Shown here: positions 11,488-23,791 of the stretch, piece after piece
Numbering within the stretch: position 1 is the stretch's first letter
Layout of the letters: every line of letters starts with the position of its first letter
NCBI RefSeq assembly: GCF_006345805.1
Contig: NW_021833252.1
Location: 19,199 to 83,198, forward strand
Length of the DNA: 64,000 nucleotides
Source of the DNA: Octopus sinensis
Lineage: Eukaryota
Direction: 5' to 3'
Notes under the pieces: model-generated
Told to the model about the DNA's origin: nothing
The model's input: the letters and a program-made list of their open reading frames with translations, nothing else
Databases searched by the model: none
Translations under genes and position numbers: made by a program

Positions 11488-11750
11488 TCTTTATATATAA
11501 AATTGAAGTTGAGTGTGTGAGACTCTGTCTCCTCCGATTTAGATTCCTAACTACTCCCACATTTTGCGGTGCAGTCTAACCAAAAGCGGGTATCTTATAG
11601 TCGTAATTCATATCCAACCCTTCTGGGTATTAGCGCGCGTCTACGATGAGTTTACGATTAAAAAAATATTTACCATCATTTTTCCGCATTTTTAATGATA
11701 TTTGCTCGGGTTATATAAGGGAAGTAACTCTCTGAAAATGCTTATATATA
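11488..11750 (+). mobile_element. Non-autonomous Helitron, 5' portion
   Basis: A|TCTTTATATATAAAA start. Shares TTTACCATCATTTTT and AACTCTCT-AAAATGCTT blocks with 9249-9632. Confidence 0.6.
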
Positions 11751-11873
11751 AACTTATATATGAATACATCCATCCACATGCACTTATGTATTAATGATGT
11801 ACACAAATACATGACAGGTATACATAATACTGAAATACGCATGACGTAAACACATGCAGACAAATATATTAAT

Positions 11874-12680
11874 ACTAGCATTATGACCCGTCTTTGCCGG
11901 GTCATAGTGCTAGTGCATGTATATATGTGTATATATATGTGTACATATTACATGTACATCTATATATGTATACATCTACACATAAAATATAAAACATAAA
12001 GTTATATCTTGATATCGCTTGTGATAACAGTACTGAAAATATATAACATACTGGAATTGTAGGACTATTCCATTTCTGCACGCTAATTTTATTTTTAATT
12101 TATTCCCATTCATGTGAAACCACTTATTCAAGTTCAAGTCATTGATGCAATTTTATACCAATTGCTATTTTTACTTTTTTTATGCTACGATTACATTATA
12201 CTTTAGTTTGATTTTAATTATTACTTACTACATATAATTCAATTGTTATTATTATTTTTATTGTTAAAGTGAAAGTATCTGACATAAAATAGAGAAATGT
12301 TTTTGTTTCACTTTTAACATGTAATACTGAAATAGTGGAGAAGATATGATATTGCTATGGGCTCGCGCTAGGAAAGAAGTTGAACATTTATTTTGCCTAT
12401 GAAACTACATGGACCCTAAGTAAGGCAGGTGTAAAATTTGAATGAAATTGGTTGTGTAGTTCTCAAGTTTTAGGGAATCGTAGTGGAGAAGATATGATAT
12501 TGCTGTGGGCTCGCCCTAGGCAAAAAGTTGAAAAATATTTTGCCGATGATACTCCCCGGACCCTAAGTAAGGCATGTGTAAAATTTGAATGAATTTGATT
12601 GTGTAATTCTCACGTTTTAGGGAAACACACAGACAGAAAGACAGACAGACAGACACATTCTCAGTTTTATATATATAGAG
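11874..12680 (-). mobile_element. Non-autonomous Helitron with ~150-bp internal tandem repeats
   Basis: Minus-strand start TCTCTATATATATAAAACTGAG. Hairpin and CTAG end at 11874-11914. Repeats start at about 12332 and 12481. Confidence 0.7.
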
Positions 12681-13319
12681 ATAACAATTTGAAAAAAGTA
12701 ATAGAAACATAGAATCAATGAAGAGACAAAAGAAACGGTAAGATGATACGTGTTGATTTTATTGGGTATGTTCTTTTAGAAACCTACAATGAACAGGTTA
12801 AACGATAAACTCTAAATATCACAGGACACAACCTTAAAGTTGACACTGCTCCTCTAAACGCAGAAAATTTCTGTCTCGCTATTAACTAAAAATATACAGT
12901 TTTTTAAAAATATTTTTAAACTTCTGTAACTTTTTTCTCCAACTTTTTTTCTCCACAACATCATACCTTCAACGTAATGAGACTGGAAGACCACATTATC
13001 ATAGCCGATTTTCAGATTTTTTACTGTCTTCTAAAAAAAAAAATGCATATTTTGTGAATGAGAGAATCTAGATCCGAATCTTGTTCTTATATATTTTTCA
13101 CATATATTTTAATTCACTTCTAGCTTCAGTATTCGTTTTTTAAAAAAGATTTTCATGCTTTTAAATGCGTTCGCTGAAACCCAAGTAAAGTCGGATAAAG
13201 TGGACTGAAGTTGATGTTTATTATTGCCATTAATTTCTTTAAGAATAAAAAAAAAGAAAAGAAAAAGCCACGTGAAGGCGGAAAGACGTAACTCGAAAAG
13301 ACGTAAGCTGAGGTATGCC

Positions 13320-13326
13320 TATAGAA

Positions 13327-13382
<56 letters not shown>

Positions 13383-13396
13383 TATGCCTATAGAAA

Positions 13397-13438
<42 letters not shown>

Positions 13439-13470
13439 CAAATTGAGATAGGGGTTGTTTTGTATATGAA

Positions 13471-13515
<45 letters not shown>

Positions 13516-13575
13516 CATCCCCATATGTATATGTGTGCATGTATGTATATATATACATATGTATATGTGTGCATG

Positions 13576-13624
<49 letters not shown>

Positions 13625-13915
13625 TATATATATATACATGTATCTGTTTATATATGAATCTGTGTATGTATATGTGTATATTTATGCATATGTATATACA
13701 CATATATGTATATAGTGTATGTATGTATGTATGTATGTATGCATGCACACATATATATATGTGTGTATTTGCGTGGCGATATAGAACTAATTGCTTTTAA
13801 GTTCTTAGAAACAACGAACAGAGGAAGTTCTTACTCCCTGAGTGAATTCTAACACACACACACACCACACACACACACACACACACACTGTCACATACAT
13901 ATATATATATATATG
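13320..13915. repeat. (TA)n/(TG)n/(CA)n microsatellite field
   Basis: Direct reading. Confidence 0.95.
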
Positions 13916-14340
13916 TTATACGAAAGCTAGATGTGACGCCTTTTATATGAAACGTGAAAGTGAATTGCCGCTAAGTCCGGCAACAGATTATCTTGGTCAC
14001 GTTAAAAATCACGACCGAAGGTGGAACGTTTGCCAGCCAGCTCAAGTGGCTGCGCTGTCACATGTTTCAAACAGTCTGAGCGTCGTGTTATTTGCAAGAA
14101 TTACCTTGTACGAGATTAAATCTCTTTCGCCTTGTTCTGTTTCCAATGGCAAATCCGTTCGAAAGCAGGCGTCACTTGCTTTCACGCTTGAAGCTGATGT
14201 CAACGGACAGATTATATCGTTCTGGTCAGTCAAATTGTTTGGTTATAAACTGTCGTTCATTTATGTGAAAATCTCAATTGCCGTGATGACGTACAGCGGT
14301 CAAAGGAAATGGTTTGAGTTCCTACGATGTATAGTTTGGG

Positions 14341-17300
14341 TTTTCAGACTTTGATTTCAAAACCCAATAGGGGCTTCACTTTATGCAAGTCATCATTTTA
14401 TTGTAAAACTAGTAGCTCGGGTTTGTTTTCTTTTCGACCCTTTAGAATTTCAGACTTTGAGTTCAAAACCCAATAGGGGCTTCACTTTATGCAAGTCATC
14501 ATTTTATTGTAAAACTAGTAGCTCGGGTTTGTTTTCTTTTCGACCCTTTAGAATTTCAGACTTTGATTTCAAAACCCAATAGGGGCTTAACTTTATGCAG
14601 TCATCATTTTATTGTAAAACTAGTAGTATAGCCCGGCGTTGCTCGGGTTTGTTTTCTTTTCGACCCTTTAGAATTTCAGACTTTGAGTTCAAAACCCAAT
14701 AGGGGCTTCACTTTATGCAAGTCATCATTTTATTGTAAAACTAGTAGCTCGGGTTTGTTTTCTTTTCGACCCTTTAGAATTTCAGACTTTGATTTCAAAA
14801 CCCAATAGGGGCTTAAATTTATGCAGTCATCATTTTATTGTAAAACTAGTAGTATAGCCCGGCGTTGCTCGGGTTTGTTTTCTTTTCGACCCTTTAGAAT
14901 TTCAGACTTTGAGTTCAAAACCCAATAGGGGCTTCACTTTATGCAAGTCATCATTTTATTGTAAAACTAGTAGCTCGGGTTTGTTTTCTTTTCGACCCTT
15001 TAGAATTTCAGACTTTGATTTCAAAACCCAATAGGGGCTTAACTTTATGCAGTCATCATTTTATTGTAAAACTAGTAGTATAGCCCGGCGTTGCTCGGGT
15101 TTGTTTTCTTTTCGACCCTTTAGAATTTCAGACTTTGAGTTCAAAACCCAATAGGGGATTCACTTTATGCAAGTCATCATTTTATTGTAAAACTAGTAGC
15201 TCGGGTTTGTTTTCTTTTCGACCCTTTAGAATTTCAGACTTTGATTTCAAAACCCAATAGGGGCTTAACTTTATGCAGTCATCATTTTATTGTAAAACTA
15301 GTAGTATAGCCCGGCGTTGCTCGGGTTTGTTTTCTTTTCGACCCTTTAGAATTTCAGACTTTGAGTTCAAAACCCAATAGGGGCTTCACTTTATGCAAGT
15401 CATCATTTTATTGTAAAACTAGTAGCTCGGGTTTGTTTTCTTTTCGACCCTTTAGAATTTCAGACTTTGATTTCAAAACCCAATAGGGGCTTAACTTTAT
15501 GCAGTCATCATTTTATTGTAAAACTAGTAGTATAGCCCGGCGTTGCTCGGGTTTGTTTTCTTTTCGACTCTTTAGAATTTCAGACTTTGAGTTCAAAACC
15601 CAATAGGGGATTCACTTTATGCAAGTCATCATTTTATTGTAAAACTAGTAGCTCAGGTTTGTTTTCTTTTCGACCCTTTAGAATTTCAGACTTTGATTTC
15701 AAAACCCAATAGGGGCTTAACTTTATGCAGTCATCATTTTATTGTAAAACTAGTAGTATAGCCCGCGTTGCTCGGGTTTGTTTTCTTTTCGACCCTTTAG
15801 AATTTCAGACTTTGAGTTCAAAACCCAATAGGGGCTTCACTTTATGCAAGTCATCATTTTATTGTAAAACTAGTAGTATAGCCCGGCGTTGCTCGGGTTG
15901 TTTTCTTTTCGACCCTTTAGAATTTCAGACTTTGATTTCAAAACCCAATAGGGGCTTAACTTTATGCAGTCATCATTTTATTGTAAAACTAGTAGTATAG
16001 CCCGGCGTTGCTCGGGTTTGTTTTCTTTTCGACCCTTTAGAATATCAGACTTTGAGTTCAAAACCCAATAGGGGATTCACTTAATGCAGTCATCATTTTA
16101 TTGTAAAACTAGTAGTATAGCCCGGCGTTGCTCGGGTTTGTTTTCTTTTCGACCCTTTAGAATTTCAGACTTTGAGTTCAAAACCCAATAGGGGCTTAAC
16201 TTTATGCAAGTCATCATTTTATTGTAAAACTAGTAGTATAGCCCGGCGTTGCTCGGGTTTGTTTTCTTTTCGACCCTTTAGAATTTCAGACTTGGAGTTC
16301 AAAACCCAATAGGGGCTTCACTTTATGCAAGTCATCATTTTATTGTAAAACTAGTAGTATAGCCCGGCGTTGCTCGGGTTTGTTTTCTTTTCGACCCTTT
16401 AGAATTTCAGACTTTGAGTCCAAAACCCAATAGGGGCTTCACTTTATGCAAGTCATCATTTTATTGTAAAACTAGTAGTATAGCCCGCGTTGCTCGGGTT
16501 TGTTTTCTTTTCGACCCTTTAGAATTTCAGACTTTGAGTTCAAAACCCAATAGGGGCTTCACTTTATGCAAGTCATCATTTTATTGTAAAACTAGTAGCT
16601 CGGGTTTGTTTTCTTTTCGACCCTTTAGAATTTCAGACTTTGATTTCAAAACCCAATAGGGGCTTAACTTTATGCAGTCATCATTTTATTGTAAAACTAG
16701 TAGTATAGCCCGGCGTTGCTCGGGTTTGTTTTCTTTTCGACCCTTTAGAATATCAGACTTTGAGTTCAAAACCCAATAGGGGATTCACTTAATGCAGTCA
16801 TCATTTTATTGTAAAACTAGTAGTATAGCCCGGCGTTGCTCGGGTTTGTTTTCTTTTCGACCCTTTAGAATTTCAGACTTTGAGTTCAAAACCCAATAGG
16901 GGCTTAACTTTATGCAAGTCATCATTTTATTGTAAAACTAGTAGTATAGCCCGGCGTTGCTCGGTTTGTTTTCTTTTCGACCCTTTAGAATTTCAGACTT
17001 GGAGTTCAAAACCCATAGGGGCTTCACTTTATGCAAGTCATCATTTTATTGTAAAACTAGTAGTATAGCCCGGCGTTGCTCGGGTTTGTTTTCTTTTCGA
17101 CCCTTTAGAATTTCAGACTTTGAGTCCAAAACCCAATAGGGGCTTCACTTTATGCAAGTCATCATTTTATTGTAAAACTAGTAGTATAGCCCGGCGTTGC
17201 TCGGGTTTGTTTTCTTTTCGACCCTTTAGAATTTCAGACTTTGAGTTCAAAACCCAATAGGGGCTTCACTTTATGCAGTCATCATTTTATTGTAAAACTA

Positions 17301-20300
17301 GTAGTATAGCCCGGCGTTGCTCGGGTTTGTTTTTTTTCGACCCTTTAGAATTTCAGACTTTGAGTTCAAAACCCAATAGGGGCTTAACTTTATGCAAGGC
17401 ATCATTTTATTGTAAAACTAGTAGTATAGCCCGGCGTTGCTCGGGTTTGTTTTCTTTTCGACCCTTTAGAATTTCAGACTTTGAGTTCAAAACCCAATAG
17501 GGGCTTAACTTTATGCAAGTCATCATTTTATTGTAAAACTAGTAGTATAGCCCGGCGTTGCTCGGGTTTGTTTTCTTTTCGACCTTTAGAATTTCAGACT
17601 TTGAGTTCAAAACCCAATAGGGGCTTAACTTTATGCAGTCATCATTTTATTGTAAAACTAGTAGTATAGCCCGGCGTTGCTCGGTTTGTTTTCTTTTCGA
17701 CCCTTTAGAATTTCAGACTTTGAGTTCAAAACCCAATAGGGGCTTAACTTTATGCAAGTCATCATTTTATTGTAAAACTAGTAGTATAGCCCGGCGTTGC
17801 TCGGGTTTGTTTTCTTTTCGACCCTTTAGAATTTCAGACTTTGAGTTCAAAACCCAATAGGGACTTAACTTTATGCAGTCATCAGTTTATTGTAAAACTA
17901 GTAGTATAGCCCGGCGTTGCTCGGGTTTGTTTTCTTTTCGACCCTTTAGAATTTCAGACTTTGAGTTCAAAACCCAATAGGGGCTTCACTTTATGCAAGT
18001 CATCATTTTATTGTGAAACTAGTAGTATAGCCCGGCGTTGCTCGGGTTTGTTTTCTTTTCGACCCTTAAGAATTTCAGACTTTGAGTTCAAAACCCAATA
18101 GGGGCTTAACTTTATGCAGTCATCATTTTATTGTAAAACTAGTAGTATAGCCCGGCGTTGCTCGGGTTTGTTTTCTTTTCGACCCTTTAGAATTTCAGAC
18201 TTTGAGTTCAAAACCCAATAGGGGCTTACCTTTATGCAAGTCATCATTTTATTGTAAAACTAGTAGTATAGCCCGGCGTTGCTCGGGTTTGTTTTCTTTT
18301 CGACCCTTTAGAATTTCAGACTTTGAGTTCAAAACCCAATAGGGGCTTAACTTTATGCAAGTCATCATTTTATTGTAAAACTAGTAGTATAGCCCGGCGT
18401 TGCTCGGGTTTGTTTTCTTTTCGACCCTTTAGAATTTCAGACTTTGAGTTCAAAACCCAATAGGGGCTTAACTTTATGCAGTCATCATTTTATTGTAAAA
18501 CTAGCAGTATAGCCCGGCGTTGCTCGGGTTTGTTTTCTTTTCGACCCTTTAGAATTTCAGACTTTGAGTTCAAAACCCAATAGGGGCTTAACTTTATGCA
18601 GTCATCATTTTATTGTAAAACTAGTTGTATAGCCCGGCGTTGCTCGGGTTTGTCTTCTTTTCGACCCTTTAGAATTTCAGACTTTGAGTTCAAAACCCAA
18701 TAGGGGCTTAACTTTATGCAGTCATCATTTTATTGTAAAACTAGTAGTATAGCCCGGCGTTGCTCGGGTTTGTTTTCTTTTCGACCCTTTAGAATTTCAG
18801 ACTTTGAGTTCAAAACCCAATAGGGGCTTAACTTTATGCAGTCATCATTTTATTGTAAAACTAGTAGTATAGCCCGGCGTTGCTCGGGTTTGTTTTCTTT
18901 TCGACCCTTTAGAATTTCAGACATTGAGTTCAAAACCCAATAGGGGCTTCACTTTATGCAAGTCATCATTTTATTGTAAAACTAGTAGTATAGCCCGGCG
19001 TTGCTCGGGTTTGTTTTCTTTTCGACCCTTTAGAATTTCAGACTTTGAGTTCAAAACCCAATAGGGGATTCACTTTATGCAAGTCATCATTTTATTGTAA
19101 AACTAGTAGTATAGCCCGGCGTTGCTCGGGTTTGTTTTCTTTTCGACCCTTTAGAATTTCAGACTTTGAGTTCAAAACCCAATAGGGGCTTCACTTTATG
19201 CAAGTCATCATTTTATTGTAAAACTAGTAGTATAGCCCGGCGTTACTCGGGTTTGTTTTCTTTTCGACCCTTTAGAATTTCAGACTTTGAGTTCAAAACC
19301 CAATAGGGGCTTCACTTTATGCAGTCATCATTTTATTGTAAAACTAGTAGTATAGCCCGGCGTTGCTCGGGTTTGTTTTCTTCTCGACCCTTTAGAATTT
19401 CAGACTTTGAGTTCAAAACCCAATAGGGGCTTAACTTTATGCAAGTCATCATTTTATTGTAAAACTAGTAGCTGGGGTTTGTTTTCTTTTCGACCCTTTA
19501 GAATTTCAGACTTTGATTTCAAAACCCAATAGGGGCTTCACTTTATGCAAGTCATCATTTTATTGTAAAACTAGTAGTATAGCCCGGCGTTGCTCGGGTT
19601 TGTTTTCTTTTCGACCCTTTAGAATTTCAGACTTGGAGTTCAAAACCCAATAGGGGCTTCACTTTATGCAGGCATCATTTTATTGTAAAACTAGTAGTAT
19701 AGCCCGGCGTTGCTCGGGTTTGTTTTCTTTTCGACCCTTTAGAATTTCAGACATTGAGTTCAAAACCCAATAGGGGCTTCACTTTATGCAAGTCATCATT
19801 TTATTGTAAAACTAGTAGTATAGCCCGGCGTTGCTCGGGTTGTTTTCTTTTCGACCCTTTAGAATTTCAGACTTTGAGTTCAAAACCAATAGGGGCTTCA
19901 CTTTATGCAAGTCATCATTTTATTGTAAAACTAGTAGTATAGCCCGGCGTTGCTCGGGTTTGTTTTCTTTTCGACCCTTTAGAATTTCAGACTTTGAGTT
20001 CAAAACCAATAGGGGCTTCACTTTATGCAGTCATCATTTTATTGTAAAACTAGTAGTATAGCCGGCGTTGCTCGGGTTTGTTTTCTTTTCGACCCTTTAG
20101 AATTTCAGACTTTGAGTTCAAAAACCAATAGGGGCTTAACTTTATGCAAGTCATCATTTTATTGTAAAACTAGTAGCTGGGGTTTGTTTTCTTTTCGACC
20201 CTTTAGAATTTCAGACTTTGAGTTCAAAACCCAATAGGGGCTTCACTTTATGCAAGTCATCATTTTATTGTAAAACTAGTAGTATAGCCCGGCGTTGCTC

Positions 20301-21171
20301 GGGTTTGTTTTCTTTTCGACCCTTTAGAATTTCAAACTTGGAGTTCAAAACCCAATAGGGGCTTCACTTTATGCAGGCATCATTTTATTGTAAAACTAGT
20401 AGTATAGCCCGGCGTTGCTCGGGTTTGTTTTCTTTTCGACCCTTTAGAATTTCAGACTTTGAGTTCAAAACCCAATAGGGGCTTCACTTTATGCAAGTCA
20501 TCATTTTATTGTAAAACTAGTAGTATAGCCCGGCGTTGCTCGGGTTTGTTTTCTTTTCGACCCTTTAGAATTTCAGACTTTGATTTCAAAACCCAATAGG
20601 GGCTTAACTTTATGCAGGCATCATTTTATTGTAAAACTAGTAGTATAGCCCGGCGTTGCTCGGGTTTGTTTTCTTTTCGACCCTTTAGAATTTCAGACTT
20701 TGATTTCAAAACCCAATAGGGGCTTAACTTTATGCAGTCATCATTTTATTGTAAAACTAGTAGTATAGCCCGGCGTTGCTCGGGTTTGTTTTCTTTTCGA
20801 CCCTTTAGAAATCTCAGACTTGGAGTTCAAAACCCAATAGGGGCTTCACTTTATGCAGGCATCATTTTATTGTAAAACTAGTAGTATAGCCCGGCGTTGC
20901 TCGGGTATGTTTTCTTTTCGACCCTTTAGAATTTCAGACTTGGAGTTCAAAACCCAATAGGGGCTTAACTTTATGCAGGCATCATTTTATTGTAAAAGTA
21001 GTAGTATAGCCCGGCGTTGCTCGGGTTTGTTTTCTTTTCGACCCTTTAGAATTTCAGACATTGAGTTCAAAACCCAATAGGGGCTTCACTTTATGCAGTC
21101 ATCATTTTATTGTAAAACTAGTAGTATAGCCCGGCGTTGCTCGGGTTTGTTTTCTTTTCGACCCTTTAGAA
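14341..21171. repeat. Satellite 1: about 57 tandem units of 120/121 bp, with 106-bp deletion variants
   Basis: Monomer TTTCAGACTTTGAGTTCAAAACCCAATAGGGGC...ACTAGTAGTATAGCCCGGCGTTGCTCGGG...CCCTTTAGAA. Exact 120-bp period at 18421-18900. Confidence 0.98.
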
Positions 21172-21716
21172 TGGAAATTTTTGAAAAGTAAAAATTTTGC
21201 ATTATGTAGCTTGTTATTCTCTTTAAGTGAACATTTTTCTGGTTGAAATACACGGAAGAATGGCGGTACAGCAGTACAAAAAATCGTAAAAAATATTTAT
21301 AGAAAAAAAGCACCTTTTTGATGTAAATAATTTTTGGTGTTAACACGGTCCGATTTGAATTTTATCTTCTACGGAATGAAGAGCAAACCTTCTTCTATCA
21401 TACTCTCAATTTTGGTCAACTTGTGCCGCAGTGTCTCAGAGGAGATAGTGTTAGTTGAAGGCTAACCAAACCTGCCACACGCAGACAACTTCAGTTTTAT
21501 ATATATGCCAGCAGTATAGCCCGGCATTGCTCAGGTTTGTTTCGACCCTTTAGAATTGGAATTTTTGAAAAGTAAAAATTTTGCATTATGCAACTTGTTA
21601 TTCTCTTTAAGTGAACATTTTTCTGGTTGAAATACACCGAAAAATGGCGATGCAGCAGTAAAAAAATCGTAAAAAATAGGAATTTTCATAGAAAAAAAAG
21701 CACCTTTTTTATGTAA
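21118..21716 (-). mobile_element. Head-to-tail pair of non-autonomous Helitrons (21118-21505 near complete; 21508-21716 partial)
   Basis: Minus-strand 3' end CCCGAGCAACGCCGGGCTATACTACTAG|T is nearly identical to 9603-9632. The 5' region reads TATATATAAAACTGAAGTTGTCTG. Confidence 0.8.
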
Positions 21717-22205
<489 letters not shown>

Positions 22206-22486
22206 AACGCGTGCGAGTTGACGTGCATATTCTTATGATGTTCCCGCAGATTCTCAGGTGAATAAGCTAACCGCTATTTGTGTTCGTAACATCTCCTTTA
22301 CGACGACTATGTGTTCATAACACACACAATTCATTATAGCACAAGGGATCCTGAGACGGCCGGTGTTTCGACATCGTTTTATCCCGTCAGCATAGGCACT
22401 CCCGGACTAATGAATGTAAGGGTCGAAACTCTTTTTTCTAAATTAAGCTGTTTGCTGTTTCTGCTGGCAGTTGCCAACCGATAACT

Positions 22487-22894
22487 GGATCTTTTCGGTT
22501 TGACCGGCAGTTTTTCTAGCAGTCTCATATGAAATTGTCACCCATAATTATGACCCTTGCATTTCAATCTGTTTTAGGGTTAGAGTTAGGGTTAGGGGGA
22601 AGGGTATCGTTTTTTCTTCAGAAATTTAAATAAACCCAATCTGTTTCTTAAACAAGGGACATATTCATACGGCACAGAATGTTTTTTTTTTACCTCAATA
22701 GTCGTCACTGATTGGTTAAAATTGCAGAAATTGAAGAAAAACAACAACAAACATCTTACAAACCATAGAATTTTCTCAATAAAGCTACGAGAAAAATATG
22801 TTTTATAAACACATTCTACCAGTATACGAAGTTTAAAAGTGTTTAGTTACGTGGAAATTATTTTGAAAAACTGCCGGTTAAACCGAAAAGATCC
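22487..22894. mobile_element. MITE with 29-bp TIRs, 8-bp TSD and internal TTAGGG repeats
   Basis: GGATCTTTTCGGTTTGACCGGCAGTTTTT / AAAAACTGCCGGTTAAACCGAAAAGATCC. Flanks are CGATAACT and CGATAATT. Confidence 0.88.
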
Positions 22895-23407
22895 CGATAA
22901 TTAATCATCGTATACACAGTGATGCGCGTGTTTCTGTGATATTTATATATATATCTGGGAGGCGGCGTAATTTAAAACTTTTAATTTCTTTTTTCGATCT
23001 CAACAACCTTCGTCTTGACTCTAATGATTAATGTTTGTCGTAAGAGATTTTAACTTTTCATTTTTAAAAAGAAAAATTTGGCGTCTGCGAGAGTAGTGGT
23101 CGGAGGAGGGTCTTAATGGTGGTAGCAGCCTTCTAGTCATGTGACTATTGAAGAGATATTCTTTAAACTTTGAGAGAAGTGCGATAGCGATAGGGGACTG
23201 GGGAAGGGAGACAAGATGAGAATGAAGGGGAGCTGGAAGTAAAGAGAGAGGGAGAGAACAACAAAAGGAGACCTGAACTCGGCTGGAACTGTTCGCAGGT
23301 AAATGGACTGGAACAGCACAAAATGTGGTCTGGTGCTCAAGGACACAGCAACAACACGATCCATTAGCCTGCACACCTCTACACGTTATCAGTAAAGTAT
23401 TAGTATA

Positions 23408-23791
23408 GGATCTTTTCGGTTTGACCGCCAGTTTTTTAAAAAAATTTCCACGTAACTAAATACTTTTAAAATTCGAATACTGGTAGAATATGTTTATAAA
23501 ACATCTTTATTCTCTTGGCTTTATTGAGAAAATTCTATAGTTTGTAAGATATTTGTTGTTTTTTTTCTTCAATTTCTGCAATTTCAATCAATCAATGACC
23601 GACTATTGAGGTGAAAACATTCTGTGCCGTATGAATATGTCCCTCGTTTAAGAATCAGGGATCTTTTCGGTTTGAACGGCAGTTTTTTAAAATAATTTCC
23701 ATGTAACTAAACACTTTTAAACTTCGTATACCGGTAGAATGTGTTTATAAAACATCTTTTTCTCTTGGCTTTATTGAGAAAATTCTAGAGT
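23408..23791. mobile_element. Two truncated, inverted copies of the same MITE end (23408-23653 and 23659-23791)
   Basis: Both start GGATCTTTTCGGTTTGA and match the reverse complement of 22640-22894. Confidence 0.88.

Noticed and set aside
22249-22420. Coding exon ending in AAT|GTAAGG
   Set aside because: The open frame has a stop before any plausible acceptor and no recognisable homology.
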